A DNA stretch of 64,000 bases from an uncultured virus (IMG/VR IMGVR_UViG_3300042449_000787) (lineage: Duplodnaviria > Heunggongvirae > Uroviricota > Caudoviricetes): IMG/VR virus record IMGVR_UViG_3300042449_000787, one strand, 5' to 3'. Shown piece after piece: positions 46,043 to 55,579 of the stretch. The position numbers and the translations under genes were made by a program. The notes under the pieces were generated by a model. It had not been told where the DNA came from and did not search any database. It worked only from the letters and a program-made list of their open reading frames with translations. Position 1 is the first letter of the stretch. Every line of letters begins with the position of its first letter.

Positions 46043-46519
46043 ATGAAAATACAATTTATAAAAGATTATACATTAACGGTTGATAATCCGTCTTGCAAAA
46101 ATGGAATGATAGGTTGTCAACCAAGTACAACGACAAACTTTAAATTAGGTCAAATTGTTTCGGGTGGAATTAGAGGAGGAAGTTTAGATAGTAAAAATTT
46201 CTATATTGATTATGGTAATTATACTAATGCAATTCCTCTTGAGTATCTCAAAGTATTAAATGATGACGGAACTCCTTACGGGAATCCAAATAACATGGGC
46301 AATAACCAAACAAACCAAGTTGCACCAAAAAAATTATTTCCTACTACACAAAATACAATTAAAACAATTCAACCAATATCTGTAATAGACCCTAAACTTG
46401 CCCAACAAATTAGCGAACAAATGGATAAAGAGGATAAAAAACGAAGACAAATAAAATTTGGAATTGTGTTATTAGCAATAGCATTAGGCTATTTCGCATA
46501 CAAAAAATTTAAAAATTAA
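46043..46519 (+). CDS. C-terminally anchored protein (GYFAYKKFK)
   Basis: Same anchor as preceding gene. Confidence 0.7.
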   Translation: MKIQFIKDYTLTVDNPSCKNGMIGCQPSTTTNFKLGQIVSGGIRGGSLDSKNFYIDYGNYTNAIPLEYLKVLNDDGTPYGNPNNMGNNQTNQVAPKKLFPTTQNTIKTIQPISVIDPKLAQQISEQMDKEDKKRRQIKFGIVLLAIALGYFAYKKFKN

Positions 46520-46523
46520 CATT

Positions 46524-46661
46524 ATGGCAAAAGAAATAAATGGGTATTTCAAAGCAATGTTGGAAGCCAAAAAGGAAAAATCATCATCGTTTACTTATAA
46601 TGGTAAAACTTATGTAGCTTCAAAAACAAAAACTGGAATGACAGTATATAAGGCTAAATAA
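46524..46661 (+). CDS. 45-aa basic protein (AKK..FTYNGKTY)
   Basis: Read manually. Confidence 0.55.
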   Translation: MAKEINGYFKAMLEAKKEKSSSFTYNGKTYVASKTKTGMTVYKAK

Positions 46662-46673
46662 ATTATTTATTAG

Positions 46674-47270
46674 ATGGCAACTTTAACAAAATCAGATTAC
46701 GATAAGATGACTAATGAACAATTAGTTGCTTATTTAGATAAAGTAGATAAAAGCACATTTAATGGCTATGTAGATGCTGATACAAAAGTGAGATATTTTG
46801 TAGATAAGTATGGAGAGGCTTTTATTAATGCAATAAAGGGTACTGGATTATTTTTAAGTGGAATTATGGCACAATCAATTCTTGAGAGTGGTTATGGAAG
46901 GAATTTACCCACTGATAAAAAAACGGGTGCTTTAAGCAATAATTTTGCAGGAATAAAATACAATCCTAATGTTCACGATGCTTTTGTTGTAATTGACACA
47001 AACGAATTTGTAAATGGGAAAAAAGTCCTTTTTAAAGATGTTAAATTTGCTAAATTTACAAATGCAACAGAGGGTATAAAACAGCATTTTAAAGTTTTAC
47101 TTGCTGATAGGTATAAAAAAGCTAGGACTAATGCTAAAAGCCCAGAAGAGCAAGTTAAAATGATAATTGAGGCAGGGTATGCAACAGCAAATCCTACCAC
47201 ATACGTCAATCTTTTAAAAGGCAATATTGCAAGGATTAGAAAATTACTGCCTTTTGGTAAAATCGAATAA
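46674..47270 (+). CDS. GH73 glucosaminidase/FlgJ-like muramidase
   Basis: AQSILESGYG, NNFAGIK, GYAT. Confidence 0.88.
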   Translation: MATLTKSDYDKMTNEQLVAYLDKVDKSTFNGYVDADTKVRYFVDKYGEAFINAIKGTGLFLSGIMAQSILESGYGRNLPTDKKTGALSNNFAGIKYNPNVHDAFVVIDTNEFVNGKKVLFKDVKFAKFTNATEGIKQHFKVLLADRYKKARTNAKSPEEQVKMIIEAGYATANPTTYVNLLKGNIARIRKLLPFGKIE

Positions 47271-47280
47271 TAATTACAAA

Positions 47281-47436
47281 ATGAAAAAAGCATTATCCTA
47301 TACATTGTTAGCACTTGGGCTAGGTTTAGTTTCATATTCTACATTCCTAATTATTAAAAAACTTAGTGATGCAAGAATAGACTCTAGAACTGTTACAGTT
47401 GAAGAAGCAATGGAAGAATTAAAAAAATCAAGATAA
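47281..47436 (+). CDS. small N-terminal TM protein
   Basis: ATG 47281 MKKALSYTLLALGLGL. Confidence 0.6.
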   Translation: MKKALSYTLLALGLGLVSYSTFLIIKKLSDARIDSRTVTVEEAMEELKKSR

Positions 47437-47458
47437 AAAAACCAAAAAAACTAACAAC

Positions 47459-47722
47459 ATGAAAAACGGAGGATTAAGAGCAATTTGCATACCTAAAAAA
47501 GATATTTCTAAAATGGGCTTTGACCCAAAGTATTTTAGCTATTATGTAAATATTACTTATACAGAAAAAAATGAGGTGATAACGCTTAAAAATTGCAAAG
47601 CAGTTGAAGACTTAGAAGACGAAGAAGAAACTCTTTATTTTTCAGAAGGGAATAACACCATATTGCTAATTAGAGCTTCTGATAACCCAAAGGCTATAAT
47701 TAAAAAAGTATTTTTAAATTAA
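47459..47722 (+). CDS. hypothetical protein
   Basis: ORF track. Confidence 0.6.
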   Translation: MKNGGLRAICIPKKDISKMGFDPKYFSYYVNITYTEKNEVITLKNCKAVEDLEDEEETLYFSEGNNTILLIRASDNPKAIIKKVFLN

Positions 47723-47734
47723 AAAAATCTAAAT

Positions 47735-48379
47735 ATGGAACTTAACAATGTAACCTATGGAAATCCAACAATCGAACAAAAGCAATCAATAGAAGCAAAA
47801 TGTTTGGTTGATGACTTATTTGAAAAAATAAAAGAAAATATTTGTCCTTTCAATGATTCTGAAATGGTCAAAGACGAGCTTAACGAAATAGTCGATTCTC
47901 TTAAATCTATGGAAGATGAAGAAAATACTATTTATTTAAAAAGGTATAGAGCTTATGATAGGAATTTATTACAAGTAATAATTACCTTATTTAAGCAAAA
48001 ATCAATAGATGTAGAAGCTCTTTCTAAAGAAATAGTAGAAGATATAGAAAACCTTATTTTTAAGCTGAAATACCACTACAATAGACCTAGACCAAATCAA
48101 TTGGCTAACTATTATAAGCTAAGGCTATTTCCATACAAAAGCTTCTCTGATGATACACCATCATTCCCATCAGGACATACAGTTCAGGCGTATGTTATTC
48201 TAAATGTAATTGCTAACAAATATCCAATCCATTATACTTACTGTAAAGAAATTATTGATGACATAGCTTACAGTAGAATATACATGGGATTACACTATCC
48301 TTCAGATAATGATTTTGGAAAATTAGTCGGAAAAGAAATTTTAAAACATAAAGCGTTTACCGAAAAATACGAGATATAA
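47735..48379 (+). CDS. PAP2/vanadium-haloperoxidase superfamily phosphatase
   Basis: KYHYNRPRP, SFPSGH, SRIYMGLHYPSD. Confidence 0.9.
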   Translation: MELNNVTYGNPTIEQKQSIEAKCLVDDLFEKIKENICPFNDSEMVKDELNEIVDSLKSMEDEENTIYLKRYRAYDRNLLQVIITLFKQKSIDVEALSKEIVEDIENLIFKLKYHYNRPRPNQLANYYKLRLFPYKSFSDDTPSFPSGHTVQAYVILNVIANKYPIHYTYCKEIIDDIAYSRIYMGLHYPSDNDFGKLVGKEILKHKAFTEKYEI

Positions 48380-48765
48380 TGAAACATCAAGAATTTGAGT
48401 TGCAAGTAGCGATTTCAAGATACTTGTCGTACCAATATCCAGAAGTTCTTTTTATTTCGGATACAATTGCAAATATGAAATTAACGCCAATGCAATCTGT
48501 TAGAAATAAAAAAATTCAAAAATCTGACTTTAAGACACCTGATTTACTTATCTTAGAGCCGAAAAATGGATTTAGTGGATTATTTATTGAATTAAAGATA
48601 GAAACTCCTTTTAAAAAGGACGGGAATATAAAAGCTAGTGCAAATGACCACCTTAAAGGACAAATGGAATCTTTATGTGAGTTGAGTAAGAAGGGTTATA
48701 AGGCTTGCTTTAGTTGGTCTTTTGAAATGACAAAAAATATAATAGATGAGTACTTAAAAAAATAA
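48379..48765 (+). CDS. VRR-NUC-like PD-(D/E)xK nuclease
   Basis: PDLLI, LFIELK, Q..L..KGY. Confidence 0.8.
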   Translation: MKHQEFELQVAISRYLSYQYPEVLFISDTIANMKLTPMQSVRNKKIQKSDFKTPDLLILEPKNGFSGLFIELKIETPFKKDGNIKASANDHLKGQMESLCELSKKGYKACFSWSFEMTKNIIDEYLKK

Positions 48766-48770
48766 CGATA

Positions 48771-49223
48771 ATGAACCAAGAAAAAACAAACATTACAGAT
48801 ACATCCCGTATATTACAGCAGGTAGGCAAAACGCTAAATGTAATAGGTACGGAAAAATTACTTGAAATTTTAATCTATTCAAGAAAAAACAATAATCAAA
48901 TTACCGAAGAACAAATTAAGTTTTCCGAACAGATAATTCAGATTACTTGCGATGAGTTTGGCATTAGCTTATTAGAATTTTACTCTTATAAAAGAAAAAA
49001 TAATAGGCGAAATGCAATAGGCGTTTGCGCTCTTTTTTTACAAGATAATTTAGGGCTAGATAATTCCAACATATCGTATATCCTAAAAAAACCACAGAAT
49101 CTTACTTGCATTTACAAAAATGAAATTGTATCTTTAAATCCTAGTCATAAGATGGATATAATAATATTAGACAAAATAAAAAATATTAAAAACAAACTAA
49201 ATACATTAAAAAATGAACAATAA
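48771..49223 (+). CDS. DnaA C-terminal-like HTH protein
   Basis: IIQITCDEFGIS..SYKR...ISYIL pattern. Confidence 0.5.
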   Translation: MNQEKTNITDTSRILQQVGKTLNVIGTEKLLEILIYSRKNNNQITEEQIKFSEQIIQITCDEFGISLLEFYSYKRKNNRRNAIGVCALFLQDNLGLDNSNISYILKKPQNLTCIYKNEIVSLNPSHKMDIIILDKIKNIKNKLNTLKNEQ

Positions 49224-50391
49224 CCAAGAAACAGAAGAAATTTACGCAGAAGTAGTGGAAACAATTGACAACGACTTTTCTCCACTAGACGCACCAGTTA
49301 AACAGCGTAGCTACACACAACATAAGATGGATGCGCACCAAGTTATGCCAGAACTTGAAGAGCCTACTTTTCAAGCGCCTAGCTATACTGATTTTGACGA
49401 ACCTACTGAAAAAGAAAAAGAGCCAGAGAGACCTTTCAATGAAGCTTATTCTGAATTAGACGGAAAAGAAAAGACTATGGGTGCAGAAATGATGGCAGAA
49501 ATGACATTAGACATATATGAAAAAGGTTGTGGGTTATTAGGTAAAATACCAGAAATAAGCGAGGATAAATTAGACAAGCTAATTTCAGAAGGCGAAATCG
49601 ATGCTGATTCTAAACTTCCAACTGAAAATGGTGAAATCCCAATTAAAGAATTTGCAGTAGATTATAACGAAAGTATTAAGGAAGCGTTCCAAGTTAGTGA
49701 CGAATTTAAGGAAAAGGTAAAACCGCCATTAATTCGTGTTTTCAAAAAACGTGGAGTAGGAATGACAGATGAGCAGTTATTGGCTTACTACTTTGTAACA
49801 GATTTAGGAACAAAAGGAGTGCAGGCTTTTATGCTTAAAAAGACTGCTAACAGCATTTTGGACAGCTTGAAGGAAAATACAATTGCAATTAGAGAGGGCA
49901 ATGCACAAAGAGAAAGAGCAGAAAGAGCAGAACGAACAGAAAGAACAGAAAGAGCAGAAAGGGCAGAAAGAGCAGAAAGAGCAGAAAGGGCGGAAAGAGC
50001 AGAAAGAGCAGAAAGAGCATCTTCTACAACGCAAAAAACAAATTCAAAACCAATAAAAGTAAATACTACCGATACAGAGCAAACAGACAATGATGATTAT
50101 GTTGAGGTTACAGTTATAGACAAACCAAAGACAAAGAGAAAGAATATGACCGACATGCAAAAACAAGTTATGAATTTTTCTGAACCCGAAGAAGAAGGAG
50201 TTTATTCTATTTTAACTGATAGAGGTGGATTTTCAGATGAAATTGTAATGCCAAATAATATGCCTGTTTTTGGAGATAAAAAGATATTGTCCGAGTTAGA
50301 GAGATTGAGCCAAGAACCAGTTAAGCCAGTTCGTAAAACAAGAGCCAATTCTGTAGATAAAAAAACAACTACTCGAAAATCTAAAAAATAG
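49213..50391 (+). CDS. acidic protein with (ERA)n repeat, adjacent to packaging ATPase
   Basis: 9-bp repeat about 49911-50019. Confidence 0.7.
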   Translation: MNNNQETEEIYAEVVETIDNDFSPLDAPVKQRSYTQHKMDAHQVMPELEEPTFQAPSYTDFDEPTEKEKEPERPFNEAYSELDGKEKTMGAEMMAEMTLDIYEKGCGLLGKIPEISEDKLDKLISEGEIDADSKLPTENGEIPIKEFAVDYNESIKEAFQVSDEFKEKVKPPLIRVFKKRGVGMTDEQLLAYYFVTDLGTKGVQAFMLKKTANSILDSLKENTIAIREGNAQRERAERAERTERTERAERAERAERAERAERAERAERASSTTQKTNSKPIKVNTTDTEQTDNDDYVEVTVIDKPKTKRKNMTDMQKQVMNFSEPEEEGVYSILTDRGGFSDEIVMPNNMPVFGDKKILSELERLSQEPVKPVRKTRANSVDKKTTTRKSKK

Positions 50392-51210
50392 ATGGAAGAA
50401 AGAGAACCAAGATTAGGAGTAGCAGTTGGCAGAAAGGGTTGTGGCAAAACTTATACTACCAAACAAATGATACAAAAATATGTACAAGGAAACCCCTCGA
50501 AAGGGGTTATTCCTCGTAGGGTATTAGTATTAGATGTTAACGATGAGTTTGAGGACATAAGGGCTATTAGGGTTAGTGATGTTATGCGTTTTTCCGCACA
50601 CCCAAAAGTAGAAGCTAGAAGGATAAGACCATTGCATGAAAACGGAGTTAGAATGACACTTACTGAAATTCAAGAGGTGCTATTCAAAATCTTAAACGAT
50701 TATAGAGGTGGGCTTTTATTGATTGAGGATATTAACAGATACATTTCTGATTATTTGCCTAATGACCTTGTGGGGGCTATATGCACCAACAGACATACGG
50801 ATACAGATATTATTTTGCATTTTCAATCGGTAGGAAGGATTTCACCTAAAATATGGCAGAACTTGAATTGGATTAGGTTTCACAAAAATACCGATTCAGT
50901 AGATAAACACCGTACAAAGTTTGAGGACAAATACGAATTATTGAAATTAGTAGAGAACTATGTTAATGCCGAGTATCATGCAGGAGACCAAAGAATTTAT
51001 ATTTATGTAGATATAGATGATGAAAAAATAAAGGGAGTTGACCGTAAAAAGTTCGATGCTGTTTTAGACCAATATTTATCTGAAAATTACAGAAAGCTAA
51101 TTTCCCCAATGTTACAATCAAAGGATTTAGGTAAGGGCGCAAAGAAATATACACCTCAAGAAGCGGTGGCAATTCAAAAAGAACGAATAACCAAATATTA
51201 TTTAACATAA
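50392..51210 (+). CDS. A32/FtsK-HerA-type genome packaging ATPase
   Basis: N-terminal GRKGCGKT, VLD, LLLIED Walker B, NRH motif, HFQS; small stand-alone size. Confidence 0.75.
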   Translation: MEEREPRLGVAVGRKGCGKTYTTKQMIQKYVQGNPSKGVIPRRVLVLDVNDEFEDIRAIRVSDVMRFSAHPKVEARRIRPLHENGVRMTLTEIQEVLFKILNDYRGGLLLIEDINRYISDYLPNDLVGAICTNRHTDTDIILHFQSVGRISPKIWQNLNWIRFHKNTDSVDKHRTKFEDKYELLKLVENYVNAEYHAGDQRIYIYVDIDDEKIKGVDRKKFDAVLDQYLSENYRKLISPMLQSKDLGKGAKKYTPQEAVAIQKERITKYYLT

Positions 51211-51328
51211 AAAAAATGAGTTAGTAGCTCATTATTTATATTTCGGCTTCCACTCCGACAACACAAATATAAAAAAAAATATTATCTTTACCATAAATAA
51301 TCAATTTTTTAATTAAAAAAAAGAAAAA

Positions 51329-51592
51329 ATGGAAAAAAAATTAGAAGAAAAAAAAAGAGGGTTTATTGCAAAATTATTTTGTGAAAAAAACGAACCAAGT
51401 TCAAAAAGATTTGTTGGCATTATAGGGTCAATAACATTATTTAGTACTTTATTTGCAAACAGCTTTACGCATATAAGCCAAGCACCAAGCGAAGCATTGG
51501 TAAACGCAGTAGCATTATTGTCTTTTGGTGCATTAGGTATCACTGGGGCAGAAAGAATATTTGGTAAAAAAGAAAATAATAACGAACAATAA
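51329..51592 (+). CDS. holin-like protein
   Basis: SSKR followed by 2 TM helices, upstream of endolysin. Confidence 0.65.
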   Translation: MEKKLEEKKRGFIAKLFCEKNEPSSKRFVGIIGSITLFSTLFANSFTHISQAPSEALVNAVALLSFGALGITGAERIFGKKENNNEQ

Positions 51593-51604
51593 AAATTAAA
51601 AATT

Positions 51605-52072
51605 ATGAAATTATCAGAGCATTTGGATTTATCAGAAGTAACAAGAAGTGAAACTGCAAAAAGAAAAGGTATTAGCAACATGCCGACACCAGAGCATTTG
51701 GAAAATTTTAAAAAATTGGCTGAAAATATTTTTGAACCGATTAGAAAACATTTTGGAGTGCCAATTCACATTTCAAGTGGATATAGAAGCAAGGCTTTAA
51801 ATACTGCTATTGGCGGAAGTTTAACAAGTCAACATTGCCAAGGTGAGGCTATTGATATTGATATGGATGGTAGTTCTAATGGGGTTACTAACAAAATGGT
51901 ATTTGACTACATAAAAGCTAATCTAAATTTTGACCAATTAATTTTTGAGTTTGGAACAAAAGATGCACCTGATTGGGTACACGTTTCATTTGAATCAACT
52001 GGAAAACAACGTAAGCAAATTTTAAGAGCAATTAAAAGTGGTGGTAAAACTGCATACCAACCTTATGCGTAA
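51605..52072 (+). CDS. peptidase M15 endolysin
   Basis: ISSGYRS, SQHCQGEAID, WVHVS. Confidence 0.9.
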   Translation: MKLSEHLDLSEVTRSETAKRKGISNMPTPEHLENFKKLAENIFEPIRKHFGVPIHISSGYRSKALNTAIGGSLTSQHCQGEAIDIDMDGSSNGVTNKMVFDYIKANLNFDQLIFEFGTKDAPDWVHVSFESTGKQRKQILRAIKSGGKTAYQPYA

Positions 52073-52096
52073 CATTTAACAGTTTAAATAGATTTA

Positions 52097-53212
52097 ATGA
52101 AAAACCTATCAAAAGAAGAGTTATTGAGCAGATTGGAAGCAATCAATAGGAGCAATGCTATTATTTACTTTGACCTGCATGGTACTATATTAGGTGTCAA
52201 TGACATTTTTTTAGAAGTAATGGGTTATGGAATAGGTAATCACGAAGAACTTATTGGAAAACACCATAGCACTTTTGTGTGTCAAGAATACGCAAAATCT
52301 CTTGAATATGAGAAGTTTTGGGACATATTAAGAAGCGGTAAATATTATCAAGGAGAATTTGAACGAAGAAAAAAAGATGGAAGTCTTATCAATCTTCAAG
52401 CAACTTATAATCCTATTTTTGATGATAGTGGCAAGATTACTAAAATAATGAAAATTGCTACTGATGTTAGTGCTATCGTTAGTAGTAAAAAACAGATAGA
52501 TGCTATCAATAGAAGTACAGCTCTTATTACTTTTAATGTTGAAGGAATCATAACAGATGTTAATTCTATATTTTTAGAAGCTATGGGATATAAATCTAAT
52601 GAAAAAACTAAAATAATTGGAAAGCATCATAGTATTTTTGTAACTTATCAGTATTCACAGTCTGATGAATATAACAATTTTTGGGAAAATTTAAGAAAAG
52701 GTAAGTTTTTTGATGGAATTTTTGAAAGGGTAAAAGTAGATGGTTCTACAATTTATTTACAAGCATCTTATAATCCTATCCTTGATAGTAAAGGCAACAT
52801 TACAGATGTGGTTAAAATTGCAACTGATATTACGGAATCTATAAATAGTAAGAAAAAAATAGAGGAACTAACAAATAATTTGAAATTTGAATTGGAAAAC
52901 TCACAAAAACTTAAAGATTCAATAGAAGTCGAAAAAAATATGGCTTTGAATGATTTAGATGTAATGATAAAAAAAAGTCAAAGTGAACTGATAAAAATAA
53001 TCGTTAAATGTGCTTTAGCAGTAATAATTGGTGTTGGAATTGTAACTACTATATTATATTGGGTAGCGATTGTAACAAACAAAGAAACTCAAATAATTGG
53101 CTCAACTTGGAGTAATATGTTTAGTGTTTTATTGACAAACGCATTTTCAATAGTTGGTACAATTATGGGCATTAAATATGCCACTCAAGAAAATAATAAT
53201 AAAAATAATTAA
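52097..53212 (+). CDS. tandem PAS-PAC domain protein with coiled coil and two C-terminal TM helices
   Basis: Two repeats AINRS.A.I.F..G.I..VN.IFL..MGY..IGKHHS.F..FW..LR.G..G.FER..DGS...LQA.YNPI.D..G.I..V.KIATD. Confidence 0.9.
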   Translation: MKNLSKEELLSRLEAINRSNAIIYFDLHGTILGVNDIFLEVMGYGIGNHEELIGKHHSTFVCQEYAKSLEYEKFWDILRSGKYYQGEFERRKKDGSLINLQATYNPIFDDSGKITKIMKIATDVSAIVSSKKQIDAINRSTALITFNVEGIITDVNSIFLEAMGYKSNEKTKIIGKHHSIFVTYQYSQSDEYNNFWENLRKGKFFDGIFERVKVDGSTIYLQASYNPILDSKGNITDVVKIATDITESINSKKKIEELTNNLKFELENSQKLKDSIEVEKNMALNDLDVMIKKSQSELIKIIVKCALAVIIGVGIVTTILYWVAIVTNKETQIIGSTWSNMFSVLLTNAFSIVGTIMGIKYATQENNNKNN

Positions 53213-53217
53213 AAATT

Positions 53218-53868
53218 ATGATTACAACAATTAACAAAAATAGGATATTTACATGGGTATTACTAATATCTTGCTTGGTACTAGTTTCACAACTATTTCA
53301 AAAATGCGAAAGTGAGAAATTACAATTAGCTAACGTGGAAGCTCTAAATAGTCAATCTAAAGTTTATAAGCTTAAAAATGGACAATTAGTAACTAGCGTT
53401 GAAACTTTATCTTATAGCAATAGTCAGTTAAAAAACTCTATTGTAATGAAAGATAAAAAAGTTAAAGAGCTAACTAATAAATTTTCTAAAGTTCAATCTC
53501 TTACAAAGTATGTTACAAACACAAAATTTGATACAATAGAGCTTCGATACAAAGATACCGTACCTTGCGTATTTGAAAGAAAAGATAGTTTATTAAAGGA
53601 ATGGTATCATATAGCTTATAAGTCAAATCAAAAGGGAATTGAAATAACCGAACTATCAATACCAGACAGTGTGATTGTAGTTACTGGAATTAAGAGAAAA
53701 TGGTTTTTAGGTAAGCAAACACAAACCACAGATATAACTCATGCAAACCCATTTGTTCAGACTAACAATGTTCAACACATTGAAGTAGTAACTCAAAAAA
53801 AATGGTACGATACTTTCCTATTTAAAGTCGGATTAGGATTTATAGGCGGAGTTTTAATAACTAAGTAA
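53218..53868 (+). CDS. putative spanin-like membrane protein
   Basis: N-terminal TM, coiled coil, KRKWFLG; end of lysis cassette. Confidence 0.55.
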   Translation: MITTINKNRIFTWVLLISCLVLVSQLFQKCESEKLQLANVEALNSQSKVYKLKNGQLVTSVETLSYSNSQLKNSIVMKDKKVKELTNKFSKVQSLTKYVTNTKFDTIELRYKDTVPCVFERKDSLLKEWYHIAYKSNQKGIEITELSIPDSVIVVTGIKRKWFLGKQTQTTDITHANPFVQTNNVQHIEVVTQKKWYDTFLFKVGLGFIGGVLITK

Positions 53869-53897
53869 GTTACCAAAAAAATAATTAACTACTAAAC

Positions 53898-53923
53898 AGC
53901 TATCGGAAACGGTGGCTTTTTTT
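53898..53923 (+). terminator. intrinsic terminator
   Basis: AGCTATCG-GAAA-CGGTGGCT + T-tract. Confidence 0.8.
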
Positions 53924-54010
53924 GTGCTTTGTAAATTAAAAAAAATCTTTTCAAAAAAATTATTTCAGTTTATTTTTAAATAAATGCCTAGATACTTCTT
54001 TCATTTAACA

Positions 54011-54018
54011 TAATTTTG
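54011..54018 (+). promoter_or_regulatory. -7 promoter element TAATTTTG
   Basis: Consensus match upstream of candidate capsid gene. Confidence 0.5.
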
Positions 54019-54101
54019 GATTGTAATTATATCTGAATATAATTATCATTTAAAATAAGTTTAGTTACAATCATTCTGAAATGAGAAACGAGATTAAAAA
54101 G

Positions 54102-54164
54102 GTTACAAAGATTACAAAGATTACAAAGATTACAAAGATTACAAAGATTACAAAGATTACAAAA
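54102..54164 (+). repeat. 9-bp tandem repeat (ATTACAAAG)x7 within a possible 41-aa ORF 54081..54206
   Basis: Seen directly. Confidence 0.9.
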
Positions 54165-54301
54165 ACATTAGCCATCGTAATAGATGGAGTTTTAATAGCT
54201 AATTAAATAGATAGAAAATTTTTATCTTCAAGGATTAGTTTGCCGAACAAAATTTAAGAGTAAAAAAACACAAAACACAAAACAAATAAAAACATAAAAA
54301 A

Positions 54302-55003
54302 ATGTCAGTAAGAAATTATTTAGCAAGAGCGCAAAGAAGCGCAATGGAGAATTTTTCTAATGCAGATGGATTTATAGATGATGATTTATCATTCTCTGGT
54401 GAAGACTTCTTCAATGCACAAGGAAATTCAATGATAGGGCAACAAGCGGCTCAAACGTCTCAACCATATATTATAGATATTACATCTACTTCTGGTTCAG
54501 CAGTATCAAATTTTGAAGTATTAGGGTCTTACCAATACATCAATAACGCAGGTTTTACACCAAACGGAGAATTGACTATTGGGTCAATTACAGTTAGTTC
54601 TGGAATTTCAGACATCTCTTATAGAGAGATGCTATATCAATTTATGAACAATCCTTATTCTGTTGGTTTGACTTATATTCAATCAGCTACGGCTAACCAA
54701 GTATTAGAAACTCTTTCAGTTAACACTAAAGATGCAAATGGTAACTTGGCTCAAAAGACTTTAGTTCCGACTATTGACCCTTACCAACAACAAACTACAA
54801 TCATTGCAATGAAATATGCTTATCGTATTGATGGTTTCACAAAAATCATCATCCGTCAAATTCTTGCAAATGCAACTGTAAAACTTTACTTCTACCCAGC
54901 AGACAACATAAACCTTGCTCGTGCTTTAGGAGGACAGTCAGTTAGTAAACAATTTGGTTCTCCAAAAGTTGCTAGTGGACAAACTATTAAGATTGCGCAA
55001 TAA
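54302..55003 (+). CDS. candidate major capsid protein (single jelly-roll-like, beta-rich)
   Basis: Soluble beta-rich 233 aa, own promoter and strong terminator, heads the TM-protein cluster; fold is inference. Confidence 0.55.
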   Translation: MSVRNYLARAQRSAMENFSNADGFIDDDLSFSGEDFFNAQGNSMIGQQAAQTSQPYIIDITSTSGSAVSNFEVLGSYQYINNAGFTPNGELTIGSITVSSGISDISYREMLYQFMNNPYSVGLTYIQSATANQVLETLSVNTKDANGNLAQKTLVPTIDPYQQQTTIIAMKYAYRIDGFTKIIIRQILANATVKLYFYPADNINLARALGGQSVSKQFGSPKVASGQTIKIAQ

Positions 55004-55039
55004 TTTATGTTATTGAGGTAATCAAATTAATGTATAATT

Positions 55040-55079
55040 AAAGAGAGCAAGTCTGATTTAGTCAACTTGCTCTCTTTTT
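55040..55079 (+). terminator. intrinsic terminator
   Basis: AAGAGAGCAAGT/ACTTGCTCTCTT stem + T-tract. Confidence 0.85.
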
Positions 55080-55095
55080 ATTTAAAATAAAAAAT

Positions 55096-55578
55096 ATGTC
55101 AGATTATAACGATATTGCATTAAGAAATCCACAAGGAGCTGTAAGCGTTATATCCTCTTTCGGATATGAAATACTAGACCGAAGTAATTTAGGTCAAAGC
55201 TTAAACGAGTTAATAGCTCAAGAAGGTGAGCCAGCTTTAAGAAAAGTTATGGAAATACACCCAGACAAAGATGTTATTTTAGAATTATTTTCTAATAAAA
55301 CTACAGAACCAGAAAAAAACGGGTGTGGCTGTTCGTCTTGTAATGAAAAAAAATCCGATAAAATATTTGAGCGTAACTCTGAAGGAAATTTTGAAAGATA
55401 TGAAAACTTCATTAACTTCAACGGAATACTAGAAGAAGCAAAAAAAACTGCTAGCACAACTGCTAACACAAATGCTAACACAACTTCTAATACTAATATT
55501 TTAGCACATCAAACAAACAATATATTAATAGTCGCAAGTTTATTTATAGCGACTGTTTTAATTCTAAAAATTAAATAA
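55096..55578 (+). CDS. C-terminal TM virion protein with CGCSSC motif
   Basis: HPDKD, Cys cluster, FINFNG, terminal TM. Confidence 0.7.
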   Translation: MSDYNDIALRNPQGAVSVISSFGYEILDRSNLGQSLNELIAQEGEPALRKVMEIHPDKDVILELFSNKTTEPEKNGCGCSSCNEKKSDKIFERNSEGNFERYENFINFNGILEEAKKTASTTANTNANTTSNTNILAHQTNNILIVASLFIATVLILKIK

Positions 55579-55579
55579 A

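Noticed and set aside
49788..50090. Minus-strand (ALS)n and (CSF)n ORFs
   Set aside because: Antisense shadows of the ERA repeat.
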